64,000 bases of DNA from Felis catus (lineage: Eukaryota), in the NCBI RefSeq assembly GCF_018350175.1, contig NC_058383.1:9550001-9614000 (forward strand), written 5' to 3'. Each line of letters opens with the position of its first letter. Position 1 is the stretch's first letter. A program made the translations under genes and the position numbers. Below, piece by piece: positions 1 to 15,354 of this stretch. A model generated the notes under the pieces. The model did no database searches. It was not told the DNA's origin and was given only the letters and a program-made list of their open reading frames with translations.

Positions 1-150
1 GAGTTCGAGCCCCGCGTTGGGCCCTGTGCTGACAGCTCAGAGCCTGGAGCCTGTTTCAGATTCTGTGTCTCCCTCTCTCTGACCCTCCCCGTTCATGCTC
101 TCTCACTGTCTCAAAAATAAATAAAACGTTAAAAAAAAAAAAAAAAAAGA
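1..150 (+). mobile_element. Can-SINE (cut by the window edge)
   Basis: gagttcgagccccgcg...ctctctc...aataaa poly(A) tail. Confidence 0.92.
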
Positions 151-1669
151 ATATAGAGGATTTGGGCCACCAGAAGTTCTGCAAGAGCCTCCAAGGACGC
201 AAAGTTGTCCAGACCACGTAACTGCCAAGACAAACACACATGTTGTCATGCCAGTGTCCCCGTCAGGCCATCTGAAACATCACTTTCTGTCCCGGGTGCC
301 TGTACCAGGCCAGGATAACGAGGAACCGTATGCCATGCCACGTGAGGAACGCGGAAAGAACTGGGGGATCATCACCTCCCTGACCCGGATCTGTCTGCCA
401 TGATGAAACAGAATCAGATGTACCACCCAAGTGTCCCAGTTACAGAGAGGCAGCTGTGCTTCAGCCTGGGAGAACTTTCTCATTCATGATGAGCTCCCAG
501 CCGGGAGGGGGGTGTAAGTTCATGCCAGGAGACCGCCCTCAGCTGTCTGAAAGGAGGGTTCCCTCACAGGGTGCAAGTCTGCACCCAAAGGCCCCTTAAG
601 TCCCCTCTCGAGTTTATGAGAACAATGAAAAGCCTACAAGGCACAATACACCTAAATTTCAACACTCTCCCCCACATTTAGACCCCAGGGATCACCTGCC
701 TGAAGCAAACTGGGTGCATGCGCATTTCTAGTTTTCCCAGTACTCCCCAGCAGTGCCCTCCCCTGCCAATGTCCCCTTTTTTTAGGAAATGGCCAAAGGG
801 CCCTGAGCTGGTGAAGGCCAGGGGCATCCACCTCCTGAAATCAGCTACAAAGAGCAGCTTCCAAGTCAACCGAAACCCTGCATCTAGGTCGGCCCAGAGC
901 GCAGAAGCTATTCCACAGCTGGTTGAAGGTAGAAAAGGGCCGTTGGCAAAGCATCTGAACTTCACAGTGAGTCGTTTCCTTTGGGGAGGCCACTGAAGGA
1001 AAGAAAACTTCCTACGTGGTAAAGTCTAAGCATGGAGGCAGCCACAGGCCAGAAGTGGGGAACAGTGGAAAGGGGGTGAATTGGGCCCGGAAGAAGCGAC
1101 CTTAGTTCGAGACTGGGCTCTCCTATCCCCCTGACACCTAGAGAAAGACTCTCGAACTCCTTGGTCCTCTTCTCTGGTAGGAAGGAGTGAGACTACATGG
1201 GCCGGGGCGGCTTGCCTGGCACCTTCCGTGGAGTGAGCCTGGACCAGAAGACTGGAAACCTCACCTCCTGCCGGGTGGCCAAGAAAACTCTGCCTCTCAG
1301 GCCCTGTGCTGTTTCACGTCCAAGCCACCTCGTCAGCTGTGTGTGGACGGTCTGCTTCTTACCAGGGCTCCCTGCCAGGGCCCGGCTGGACCTGTGCAGG
1401 GTGCTCGTCGGCGCGGAGGGCTGGTGACAACGCTAGATGGGGCCACTCCCTCCCACAGTCTGTCACAAGTCAGTCAGAATGACGTATGAAGGCTTTTCCC
1501 ATTCCGGCTGGCCAGAGTCCCGAGTGCTCGGACGACATTTGTGCATGCGCGTTCTGGGCCCGGACCTGCCCACACCCTGGTCCTTTCTCCCATGATACTG
1601 AGCCAGCCACACTCTCTCTACAAGCCCTGGAATTGCTTCAAGAATAAGCTCCAAGAATTCTGTAACTTA

Positions 1670-1927
<258 letters not shown>

Positions 1928-2719
1928 TCATTCTGCCACCAGCCTGAGCTCCGGGGAAACCAAGAGTTGAGTTTCTATTCCCTGCACCTCAGAGGGAACA
2001 TGAACCAACCGTCGGGGGAGGCAGGGGGTGGGGGTGGGGGGGCCGATCGGTGCCGACACCGCACCCAGCCCATCCCTTGGGCCCTGTCATTCCTGCAACC
2101 CGTCAAGCTGGCACACGCCTCTGTGCCTGCAGTGGGATGAGGCAGGAGGCTGTCCCAGCACCCTCGGGGAGGACTGACATCTTGTACTTTGTCCCCAAAC
2201 AGAAGGCACCTTGCCTCAACGTGACCAAGTGAGCTTCACGTGGGCCTCTTCGGCAGCAATTTCCCCCACACTGTCACCGCCCCAAACAAGTGGTGTGACG
2301 GCGCTCTGGCCGTCTGGCCCGTGTCAACCCACCACTGCCTAGGCAGTCATAAAGATTCAGCTTTTGTCCGTCTGTCCACCCATCCATCTTTTTGGCAAAT
2401 GTTTACTGAACATCTGTTACTTCCAGGAACTAAGAAATGAGGAGTGCCAGGCAAGGGGTAAGTCACTAGGGTAGGGTCAGTAGGGATAAGAAAGGGATTA
2501 TCCGGAAGACCAGGCCGGGGACCCTAAGCTAGTCTAGGGAGATCAAGACGACTTTCTCTAGGAAGGGACATGCATGCTGAACCCTAAGTGGGGAGCAGCA
2601 GTAGCTGGGAGAGGGTGGGGATGGAGGGAAGGCTGTAAGGAAGCACCGAGAATGTTCCTCAAGCCAACGCTCCTCGCTGGAATGTGAGCAAGACAGTTCT
2701 TTGTGGGGCTCGACTGTTT

Positions 2720-2850
2720 CCCTCGGCAGCTCCGGCCACCGGCGACTAAGGGGCAGTAGCACCTAGTGTTTGTGACAACCAAAAATGCCCCCTGTGTGTT
2801 ACTAAATTCTTTCAGGGAGGAGTACATCTCCAAATGCTGAGTTCCAGCAT
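2720..2850. mobile_element. MER20-like hAT DNA transposon relic
   Basis: gtgacaaccaaaaatgcccc...caaatg motif. Confidence 0.5.
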
Positions 2851-2989
2851 TAACCGATGCTGTGAAGGAGTTCAAAGTTGTCGCGGCTGATGACTTCAGA
2901 ATGACCTCAAAGGTCTGTTCTGCCTCTGACTCTGCTGAAGTCCCAATGCCAGACTGGTCCTCCCACCATAGATAACTGTGAGCCAGGAT

Positions 2990-5362
2990 ACAACATTTTA
3001 CACACTTGCCTTCAGACTTTGAGCGGCGAACACTGCCAGACTGTGATACCTACGAAAAGGGAAACAATTAAGTGAGCCTCAAGATGGAACTGGCTTTCAG
3101 CCTGGAGGCACTTTCCAAACTACAGCATCCGAAGGGGAATCCAAGCAGAGAAGAGCTTTTTTTTTTTCTTTTTTTTCTTTAGCTGAATGCCCATGTGCAC
3201 ACCCACAGGCCAAGACGCCTCAAGCCAGGCAAAGAACAGCTACTGAGCTACTGAGGGAACAACTACCCGGGAGCTGTTCGCTTAACAACTGGGAGCTCAC
3301 AGGGGGCAGGGACATGCTCAAGTTCTAACCACACAGGGGAAACAGACCTCGCTGACACCAGGGCATTCAGACGAGACTTCCAAAAAGGTAATGCCTTGCC
3401 AAATAAATGAACTGCCTATCAGGAAAAAAATCAACACTTGTTAAAAAAAAGAAAAAAAACCACAACTCGGCCCCGGATACCACAGCATTCGCAGTGTCTA
3501 GTATAAACTAAAAGATTACGAGACGCATGAAGAAGCAAGAAAGTGGGTCCATTATCAGCAGGAAAATCTGTCAAAAACAGATCCAGAAATGACAGACATG
3601 ATGGTGTTAACAGACAAAATGTTTTAAAATAGCTACTATAAATAGCTATTTTACAAACAGCTACTATATGGAAGTATATGAAGGGTTTAAAGGAAAACAC
3701 AATGAAGGAACAGATGAAGAATCCCAATATGGAAATGAAAACTATATATGTATAAAAAAAAGAACCTCCTGAGCTGAAATATACAACATGAGGGGGAAAA
3801 AAACCCAAGCAGATGGGTTTAACAGCTGGGCACACACTGAAGAAAAAGAGATCACCCAGCTGGAAGGCAATGGAATAGAAATTATCCAAACTGAAATGGA
3901 GAGGGGGAAGAAAGCTAAAAAAAAATACAAAATAAACAGAGCCTCAGGGACCCACTGAACAATACTAAGTAGTCTAACATATGTTTAATTGGCACCCTGG
4001 AAGAAGTGGGGAAAGTAGAAGAGAAAAAAATGCTTGCAGACATAATGAGGATAATTTTTTTAGACTTGTATGAAAACTGTAAACTCACAGATCCAACATC
4101 CAATGACCAACTACAAGCGAGGGAAACAAAGAAAATCACTCCAAAGGTACATGATAATTAAACAGCTGAAAACCAATGATAAAAAACTGTGAAAGAAGCC
4201 AGAGGAAAACAACGAATTATACAGGGAAAACAATAAAAATGATTACTGCCTCCTCATGATAAAAGAATATAAGCCAGGAGTAATGCAATGACATCTTTAA
4301 AAGTGAAAGAAGATCAGAGAAGGCCAGAATTCTGCATGTGGTGAAATAAAGGCACTTTCAGAGCACTGAATGCTGAGAGAATTTGTCACCAGCGTACCTA
4401 CTGGGGGGTACGGGTATGAAGGGAGGTTCTTCAGGCAAAAGAAAAATGATACCAGATGGAAACTTGGAGTCACACAAAAGAATGAAGAGAATTAGAAATG
4501 GCAAGTATGTGGGTAAACGCTGCTTTTTTAAATTAAAAAATATATAACTGACTGTTTGAAACAAAAGTAATAGCAATGCAGGGGTATCTGGGTGGCTCAG
4601 TTGGTTAAGCGTCCAACTTTAGCTCAGGTCACGATCTCATGGTTCATGAGTTCAAGACCTGCGTTGGGCTCTGTGTTGACAGCTCAGAGCTGGAGGCTGC
4701 TTCAGATTCTGTGTCTCCCTCTCTCTCTGCCCCTCCCCTGCTTGCACTCTATCTCTCTCAAAAATAAACAAACATTAAAAAATGCACATCTTAAAAAAAT
4801 TTTTTTACAGTAATAGCAATGTATTGTGAAGTTTATAACACGTACGACAACAGTAGAAATAAAATATAGGACAATAACAACACAAAGAATGAAAAGAAGG
4901 AAAACAGAAACACAATTCTGTGAGATTCTTCAGTTACAACGTGGTATATAATCTGTAAGTAGTCTGTGATAAATTAAAAATGTATATTGTAAACTCTACA
5001 GCAACCACAAAAAAATAAGACAAAGAGGTATAGTTAATAGCAAACACAGCAAACCCGTAAGAGTCAATCTTTAAATATGAGATACCAAAAAAAATATTCT
5101 GTTGAAGTCAGGAAAAGAGGGAAAAAAAGGCACGAAGAACATTTGGGACAAAGAAAAAACAAAAAGCAAGCAGGCAGACTTAACCCCAACCATATCAATA
5201 ATTATACTAAATGCACATGAGCTAAATGTACCATTTAAAAGGCAGAGATAGACTGGAGAACCAACTATATGCTATCTACAAGAAACATGTTTTATTTTTA
5301 TTTTTTTTAATGTTTATTTATTTTGAAAGAGAGCATGGATGGGAGGGAGGGAGGGAGGGAGG

Positions 5363-5406
<44 letters not shown>

Positions 5407-7222
5407 CCCAAAATCCCAAGCAGTCTCTGTGCTATCAGCACAGAGCCCAACACGGGGCTGGATCCCATGAACCATGAGCAACATGAGATCATAACCCGAA
5501 TCAAAATCAAAGAGTTGGGTATATGGGGCACCTGGATGGCTCAGTCAGTCAAGCGTCCAACTCTTGATTTCAGCTCAGGTCATGATCTCACAGTTGGCTG
5601 AGTTTGAGCACTGCATGGGCTCTGTGCTGACAATACAGAGCCTGCTTGGGATTCTGTCTTCCTCTTTCTTTGCTCCTCTCCTGCTTGCACTGTCTCTCTC
5701 AAAATAAATAAACTTAAAAAAAAGAGTTTGTTTTAAACAGTTGGGTGCTTAACCAACTGAGCCACCCAGGCACCCCAAGAAATATGTGTTAAATTTAAAG
5801 ACACAGGGGCACCTGGGTGGCTCAGTTGGTTAAGCGCCCAACTCTTGGTTTTGGCTCAGGTCATGATCTCACGGTGTGTGGGTTTGAGCCCCGCGTTGGG
5901 CTCTGTGCTGACAGCGTGGAGCCTGCTTGAGATTCTCTGTCTCCCTCTCTCTCCTCCCTCCCTCTCTACTCCCCCCTCCCGCTCATTATCTCTATTTCCT
6001 AAAATAGGTAAATAAACATTAAAAAAAAAATTAAAGACACAAACATATTAAAACTATATGGGGCGCCTGGGTGGTGTAGTCGGTTAAGCGTCCGACTTCA
6101 GCCAGGTCACGATCTCGCGGTCCGTGAGTTCGAGCCCCGTGTCGGGCTCTGGGCTGATGGCTCAGAGCCTGGAGCCTGCTTCCGATTCTGTGTCTCCCTC
6201 TCTCTCTGCCCTTCCCCCGTTCATGCTCTGTCTCTCTCTGTCCCAAAAATAAATAAACGTTGAAAAAAAAAAATTAAAAAAAAAAACAACTATAAAGATG
6301 GAGGGGTGCCTGGGTGGCTCAGTCAGTGAAATGTCCACCTTTTGGTTTTGGTTCAGGTTGTGAGCTCGAGTCCCACACTGGCTCTGCACTGACAGTGTGG
6401 AGCTCACTTCAGATCCTGTCTCCCTCGCTCTTTGCCCCTCCCCCACTTGTGCTCTCGCTCTCTTTCTTGAAAATACATAAACATTAAAAAAGATCTGTAA
6501 AGATGGAAATATATATATACCCTATAAGTCCTAATTTTAAGAAAGAAAGGTAGAATTACATAGTAATATCAGCTAACAAAGACTCTGGAACAAAGAATAT
6601 TACCAGAGACTAAAATCGTCCATTTCACAATGATAAAGGGTGAATTCATCAAGATGACATAACAATCCGAGATATGTATGCATCCAATAAGACCTTCGAT
6701 ACACTTGAAGCAAAAACTGACAAGAATTCCAAGGAAAAAATAGATAAATCCACAACTTTAGTTGGAGATTTCAACAGTCCCCTTTCAGTAACTGACAGAA
6801 CAAGTGCAAGTGTATAGAAGGCTAGAATAAGATCAAAACCTTGACCTAACGGACATAAATGGAACACTACACCAACCGCAGAATGCACATTCTTCTTACA
6901 CACAGAACGTTCACCAAGATATATCAAATGCTGAGCCAGAAAATAATTTAAAAGGACTACAATCTGCAAAAGAATGCGCTCTGACCTTTTGAAAGGAAAT
7001 TAGAAATCATCAACAAAAAGAAATGTGAAAAAGCACCAAAAATGTAGAAATTAAGCAACTCACTTGTAAATAACCCTTGGGTCTACGAAAAAATCCTAAG
7101 GAAAATTACAAAATACTTTTAACCCATTAAAAATGAAAAGACAACATCAAAATTCGTGGGATGCAGCTAAAGCAGTGCTTACAGAAGAGTTTATAGCTTT
7201 AAATTTTCATATTAGAAAAAAA
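2990..7222 (+). mobile_element. Old L1 fragment (ORF1 remnant to ORF2 endonuclease region) interrupted by SINEs, antisense to RHBDD2
   Basis: A-rich degenerate L1 motifs such as gttggagatttcaacagtcccctttcag and gggatgcagctaaagcagtgctt; no intact ORF. Confidence 0.85.
5290..6490. mobile_element. Stack of at least five adjacent or nested Can-SINEs (a minus copy split by a plus copy, then plus copies at ~5806, 6060 and 6303)
   Basis: Repeated ggggc(g/a)cctgggtgg heads with CT-rich and poly(A) tails. Confidence 0.9.
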
Positions 7223-7944
7223 GGTCTGGGGCGCCTGGTAGCTCAGTTGGTTAAACCTCCAACTTCAGCTCGGGTCATATCTCATGGTTCATGGGTTCGA
7301 GCCCCATGTCAGGCTCTGTGCTGACAGCTTAGAGCCTGGAGCCTGCTTTGGATACTGTGTCTCCCTCTCTCTCTGCCCCTCCCCTGCTTGCGTTCTCTCT
7401 CTCTCTCTCTCAAAAATAAATAAACATTAAAAACATTTTTTTAATTAAAAAAAGGTTCAAAATAAATGAATTAAATTTTTAAAATAAGATAAATAAGAAC
7501 TATGTGATCAATGTATATTTACCTACCCTAATAGCTTATAGAATCACGCATTGAAAGAGATTTTAGAGGGTGCCTGGGTGGCTTAGGGGGTTAAGCAAAC
7601 CACCCTTGATTTTGGCTTAGGTCATGATCTCACGGTTCATGAGTTCGAGCCCCGTGTCAGGCTCTGTGCTGCTTGGGATTCTCTCTCCCTCTCTCTCTGT
7701 CCCTCCCCTGCTCAAGCACTCTCTTGCTCTTAAAATAAACTGAAAGAAAAGAAAAATATTTTAAGAATGTACCTTATTCAACCTCCAACACTAACCATTT
7801 CTAATGTTGAAGAAAGTGACCCCCTGGAGGCACCTGGCGCCTCAGCTGGTAGAGCATGAGACTCTTGATCTCGGGACTGTGAGTTCAAGCCTCAGGATGG
7901 GCATAGAGATCACTTAAAAAAATGTTTTGTTTTGTTTTTTTTAA

Positions 7945-8158
7945 TTTTTTTTTTTTTAACGTTTGTTTATTTTTGAGACAGAGAGAGACAGAGCATGAAC
8001 AGGGGAGGGTCAGAGAGAGGGAGACACAGAATCTGAAACAGGCTCCAGGCTCTGAGCTGTCAGCACAGAGCCCGACGCAGGGCTCGAACTCACGGACCGT
8101 GAGATCATGACCTGAGCCGAAGTCGGACGCTTAACCGACTGAGCCACCCAGGCACCCC
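7945..8158 (-). mobile_element. Can-SINE
   Basis: Full-length reverse-complement copy ending ccacccaggcacccc. Confidence 0.92.
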
Positions 8159-8326
8159 AAAAAATGTTTTTTTAAACAATAAAGAAAGGTAACCCACATT
8201 GTATTTTAGAATGCCCCTCCCCCCCCACCCCTGCAATGGCCAGAATATTTATACAAGGGTTGTAAGGCTTATCCTAAGTTTTTAACCACCCATAGGACCC
8301 TGCCTATCTTTAAAACATTTTCTACT

Positions 8327-8454
8327 GGGGGTGCCTGGATGGCTCAGTCAGTTAAGCATCCAACTTCGGCTCAGGTCATGATCTCATGGTTCACGAGTTC
8401 GAGCCCCGTGTCAAACTCTGTGCTGACAGCTTGGAGCCTGGAGCCTGCTTTGGA

Positions 8455-8517
<63 letters not shown>

Positions 8518-8620
8518 CGCGCGCGCGCGCGCGTATGTCTTTCTCTCTGCCCCTCCATGACATGCATGCAGAGAGAAAGAGCTCTCTCCCTCTCAAAAAT
8601 GAACATTAAAAATAAATTTT
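8327..8620 (+). mobile_element. Can-SINE with internal (TG)n(CG)n expansion
   Basis: SINE head and tail flank a TG/CG run at 8458-8533. Confidence 0.9.
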
Positions 8621-8621
8621 A

Positions 8622-8860
8622 GGGGCGCCTGGGTGGCGCAGTCGGTTAAGCGTCCGACTTCAGCCAGGTCACGATCTCGCACTCCGTGAGTTCGAGCCCC
8701 GCGTCGGGCTCTGGGCTGATGGCTCAGAGCCTGGAGCCTGTTTCCGATTCTGTGTCTCCCTCTCTCTCTGCCCCTCCCCCGTTCATGCTCTGTCTCTCTC
8801 TGTCCCAAAAATAAATAAACGTTGAAAAAAAAAAAAAAAAAAAAAAAAAATAAAAAAAAA
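8622..8860 (+). mobile_element. Young feline-type Can-SINE
   Basis: Diagnostic ggcgcagtcggttaagcgtccgacttcagccaggtcacg, long poly(A), TSD aaaaataaatttta. Confidence 0.92.
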
Positions 8861-9296
8861 AAAAATAAATTTTAAACACTGTTTCTTCTGACAAAAAGAC
8901 TAAACCCAACCCAACCCAACCCAAACAAACCTATTTCCTATTCCTTTCATGGAACATCTCCAGCTCATGGGTATCTCAGATTCTTCCCACGAAAACTCAA
9001 GTCATAACTAGCCAAACGTAGGGTTTATGCCTCCATTTACAAGGAAGAAAAAACCTCAAGTCAGAATATTTCACTAACTGGCAATGCTACGCTGGCATGA
9101 AAAGAAAGCTAGCTATGTTGACACTTTCCAGGCGGCAAAATTCTGGCCCAGAGAAGGGAAGTGACCGGCCCAAGACCACATGGGTTTCAAAGCTGAAGTT
9201 CAAACCTGGATTACCTACACCTGAGCCCACGGCTCTACCTCCGCCCTCCGCCCAGACCCTCCACGGTGGTTCACCGCTTGCCATGTCACCACCCTA

Positions 9297-9896
<600 letters not shown>

Positions 9897-11367
9897 TCAA
9901 AGCAGAAGTGTGACATCCAGCCCTTGCTCTTCCCCAGACCTGGAGCAAGTCTGTGACTGGCTTCCAAGTGGGGGGGAAAAAAAATGACATTTTTTAGCAT
10001 GGGATGGTCTTGGAATTTGTTAACGTGCTTCATAATCCTTTTTAATTTTTTATTTTAGGTTTTAATACTGACCTATCTCACCGGGCAGTTTGAGGGTTAA
10101 TTAATTGTAACAGCTTCAGGGTGGATTGAGTGGGTATCACTTAACACTCTGTGTGCCAGTCTCCTCGGCTGTAATCCTGACCTCTCCTTCCATAGTGGCT
10201 GTTCAGAGAAGAAAAAAGGGACCATGAATTATTTTGCACCTGCAACGATTATAAAACTATCACTAATAAAATATAGAACTCAGACATCTTTCTTCAAAGT
10301 GTGTACCCAACCTTACAGGTAGAGCAATGCTTTATGGCAGTAAGACAGCAAAGAATACTACTCCTATTTTTCTAAAAGCAGTCACTTCTTATGTACCTTT
10401 ATGTCCCCCCAGTCCCCCCACACTAAAGTGAAGGAGGGGACTGGTGAGGTAGTAGTAATACTGAACCTTGGAGGCCTAAAGGCTTGAAGTGGAATCTTGG
10501 CTCGGTCATGTCCAGGCTGGCGGAAGCTCAGTCAAGTCATGGGCCCTGCGAGCTTCGGTTTCTTCATTTAAAATGATAGCATTACATCTGAGGACTTCAA
10601 AGGTCTCTTATCTGTCAGATACTCACATGCCCATGAACCCCACACTCAGAGAAGCTGTGAGCTAAAGGGAAAAAGGGGGAGCTCGGTTTACACTGACATC
10701 TTAAATATCTCTGAGGATGCGCTCTGTGTATCCAGGGTGGTGGTGGGGAACAGTTTTTGATTTGAACAGGGAGGCAACCATATACCTCAGGCCATCTCTA
10801 TAAAATTTCATGATCTGATGAGTACTTTATGATTTGTTGAAACCATTCCAAGTATAAACTGAAATTCCAAGTATAAATGTGAAGATTCTAGAAGTTACTC
10901 TATATGATTTGGGTATCATAATACACCCCCAAGGCTCCAGTTCCCAAACATCATACAATAAAAAACCCGTGTTCCTGTCTCAATTGCAAGACTTAATAGC
11001 TCTGCGGTTCCCTACTGACGCCTGTTTCACCTAAATAATGGGGAATAATAAAGCCTACGTCACAGGATGGAGATTAAAGCTCATGAGTGTGTGCTTTGCA
11101 AAACAACAAAAGCTATACAAATTTCCCATTTTCCTCCCCAGAAAAGAACGGGGAAGAGACAAAGACTACGAATGTCTCTCATGAGCGGATGTTCATATTC
11201 AATCACCTAGAGAAAACAAACACCTTTCCCAAGGCACAAGATGCCTCCCCCCCTCCCATGAGCTGGGAGTAGGGAGTCAGGATTAAGATACACGCAAGTA
11301 AGCAGAAGACATTCTAAACCCCAAAGAGGCCAGGAGGCTTATAGAGGGTGGCCACAGAGGATGCTTA

Positions 11368-12249
<882 letters not shown>

Positions 12250-14225
12250 TTACAGTGTCTTGCGGTTTACAGAGCTCTTTCACTCACACGCACACACGCA
12301 CACACATGCACCTGCCTTATCTGTGCTTATCCTCATTATACCGATGAGGAAACTGAGGTCTAAGGAGGGCCCTGAGCAATTCAGTTGAGTAGCCGACAGA
12401 ATTCGAACTCAGATCCTCCCACTACTAGGCCCATAATTGGCTGGGAGTACAGCCGGGGCGGCTTTCAGTGGCTGGATTGGAGAGGAAGGGGCAGGAGATG
12501 ACGTTGGAAGCGTTAGAATGTAATAAAAACACCTTAACCTTCAGGTCTATTTCAACTCTTCAAATCTGACAAGCGGCTTCTCCAGAGTACAGCTATTTTA
12601 GGTAGACAACTAGAATGTGTTTCCCTGATTCCAGATGCCCAAGAAGGTGAGGCAACCTGCCCGAGGTCACAAGCAGAAAGTGGTAGGATTAGGATTTGAC
12701 TCTGGTTTACCAAGCTCCAATCTTCTGCCCTTTTCATTATTACCCCCTCCTATCCCGCCTACTGCTACCTGTATGTAAATTTGACTCGAAGCCACACGGG
12801 CTACTGAAAAAGAAACAATGCTTCGCTCTTTGTGCTGAACATTCGTGTCCATTCTCTGGCCCTACTCTGCCCGCTCTGTAGTTCTGGCCCTGTCTGTGTT
12901 CCCATGGGCCTCAGGAAGAGAACCTGAGATTGTTTTTGTCCTTTGTGTTCAGTACTAAAATATAACCGTATAATTTTCCAGAGATTTTCTATATGTACAT
13001 ATATATATGTATATACGTGTGTTTGTGTGTGTGTGTGTATACATATATACACACATACACACATATAGCAATGGGACACATTTAAAATTTTTAAATGTTT
13101 ATTTTTGAGAGAGAGAGTGAGATAAAGCATGAGCGGGGAAGAGGCAGAGAGAGAGAGGGAGACACAGAATCCGAAGCAGGCTCCAGACACTGAGCTGTTA
13201 GTACAGAGCCCGACGCGGGGCTCGAACTCACAAGCTATGAGATCATGACCTGAGCCGAAGTCAGACGCTTAACTGACCGACTCACCCAGGCACCCCATCA
13301 ATGGGACACATTCAAATGAACACTGGGTATATTTAACTCATGCTTCTCATGGTGCAGCAGTGGGCATAAAAATTAATTAAGGTTTACTCAACAGGAAGCG
13401 AAATATGAATCAGGAGTGTGGGAACTTGGGCTGCTAGAACCAGGTCCAGGCCCTGAGAAGAGGAAGGGGGTGGTGGTCCCAGCTCCTCTGTGCCAGTCAG
13501 GCAGCCCTAGGAGTTCTGAGTTTACTTCTAGACGCCCACCCTGAAAGAGAATGTAGGAAATGAGAGGTTGTCTAACCAAAGGGACCAGGATTAGGAAGGA
13601 AGCAGGAGGGGCGGGGGGACTTCAAATCATATCTGACAAGGAACAATGAAAGGAACCAGAGAGATTTCTCTGGAAAAGCGTCAGGGGTCCTGACCCCTGG
13701 CTTAACTATCTGGAGGCTTTTCCTGAACGTGAGGGAGTAGGTTTATCCTGTGTCACTCCAGAGGGAAGGATTGAGAGAGAAAGGTGGAAATGGCAGCGAA
13801 CCCACGGGACACAAGGAAGCCCTTTCTGACGGTTTGGGTTGTCCACCCATGAAATGAACTGCCTTGATCAGTAGTGAGCTCCCCGTCACTGGTAGTCCGC
13901 AAGCAGAGGCCATGTGGTGACTTGATGAGAATATTGAAGATATTCAAGCATCCACTCGGAAGTAGAAGTCGATGGCTTTTAAAATCCCTTTGGATACTCC
14001 GGTTCTGAGTCTCCACAACCACAAACACATATGGAGGGTTGATGCATTTACCACTTAGCGGGGGGTCCACGATAAGTGCATTTGGTCTCCTGGCAGAACG
14101 AGAGCTGTAGTGATGTCACGTATCTTACGGTCAAGGGAGCCTCCAACAGTCTCCTGTCTCTCTGACTCTGCCTCCTCCTCATTTTCTCCCAATTATGCCT
14201 CCAGAAGACCCCAAGACCTTCTCTT

Positions 14226-14447
14226 TTTTTTTTTTCAACGTTTTTTTTTTTAATTTATTTTTGGGACAGAGAGAGACAGAGCATGAACGGGCGAGGGGCA
14301 GAGAGAGAGGGAGACACAGAATCGGAAACAGGCTCCAGGCTCCGAGCCATCAGCCCAGAGCCCGACGCGGGGCTCGAACTCGCGGACCGCGAGATCGTGA
14401 CCTGGCTGAAGTCGGACGCTTAACCGACTGCGCCACCCAGGCGCCCC
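14226..14447 (-). mobile_element. Young feline-type Can-SINE
   Basis: CpG-intact copy with perfect TSD ccaagaccttctctt (14211-14225 / 14449-14463). Confidence 0.93.
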
Positions 14448-14701
14448 TCCAAGACCTTCTCTTAAGCTCAGGGGGTAGAGAACTGGCATGAGCCAAGAAG
14501 GGCTTTCGTCAGCCTTGAGGATGGGGCCCCGAGGGACTATGAATCATTTTTGTTCTACCCACTTTGCCCTTGGTCTACAGAGAGACTTCCGGGCCTCAAG
14601 CGTGCTCCCCAGGGACGCCTCTGTTTGCGGTCCTACCAGGCATTCTCTTCCTGCTTGGAGAGTGTCTGGTTCTCCAGGTGCCAGACTTTGAGGCTGAGAG
14701 A

Positions 14702-14707
<6 letters not shown>

Positions 14708-14755
<48 letters not shown>
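14708..14755. repeat. (AC)n microsatellite
   Basis: About 24 perfect units. Confidence 0.97.
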
Positions 14756-14758
<3 letters not shown>

Positions 14759-14924
14759 GTTTGTAGATCCAATCCATGAGCAAGTGCTACTGGCTGGTTT
14801 TTTACAAAAGTAAATCAGAAGGTGTTGCTGCTCTGCTACAACTCATAAGAGCCTAGGTGCATCTGTGTTCTGTTCCCTGCAAATCTTTCTCAGCTTATCT
14901 TTCTGCCAGTTTACATACCCTGGG

Positions 14925-15340
14925 GGAGCTAGAATAATGGCCCCCAAGGGTGTCTGTGTCCTAACCTCCGGATATCCATATCCTATCGATACGCTATCTC
15001 ATGCAGCAAAAGCTAGTTTGCAGATGTGATGAAGTTAGGAGTCGAGGTTATCCTGAGCCCACGGAATCGGGAGGGTCCTTTTCAGGAGGCAGGAGGGCAA
15101 GAGGAAGAGAGGATAAGGAGACAGAAGCAGGGGTCAAAGCTATGGGCTTTGAAGGTTGAGGCAGGGGCTGCCGGCCAAGGAATGAGTCAGTCTCTAGAAG
15201 CTGGAAAAAGCAAGGAAACTGATTCTCCCCAAGAGTCTCCAGAAGGAACACAGGTCCGCCCACACCCTGCTTTTAGTCCTGTAAAGTCCATTTCGAACTC
15301 TGAACCCCAGAACTGTCAAGACTACACATCTGTGGGGTTT
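14925..15340 (+). mobile_element. MLT1-type (MaLR) solo LTR
   Basis: ccaaggaatg...ctctagaagctggaaaaagcaaggaaactgattctccc...ccagaaggaac motif. Confidence 0.8.
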
Positions 15341-15354
15341 CACTCCAGTCTTAA

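Noticed and set aside
7828..7920. tRNA-like sequence (also ~31556 and ~41275)
   Set aside because: Degenerate tRNA-derived SINE heads with A-tails, not intact tRNA genes.
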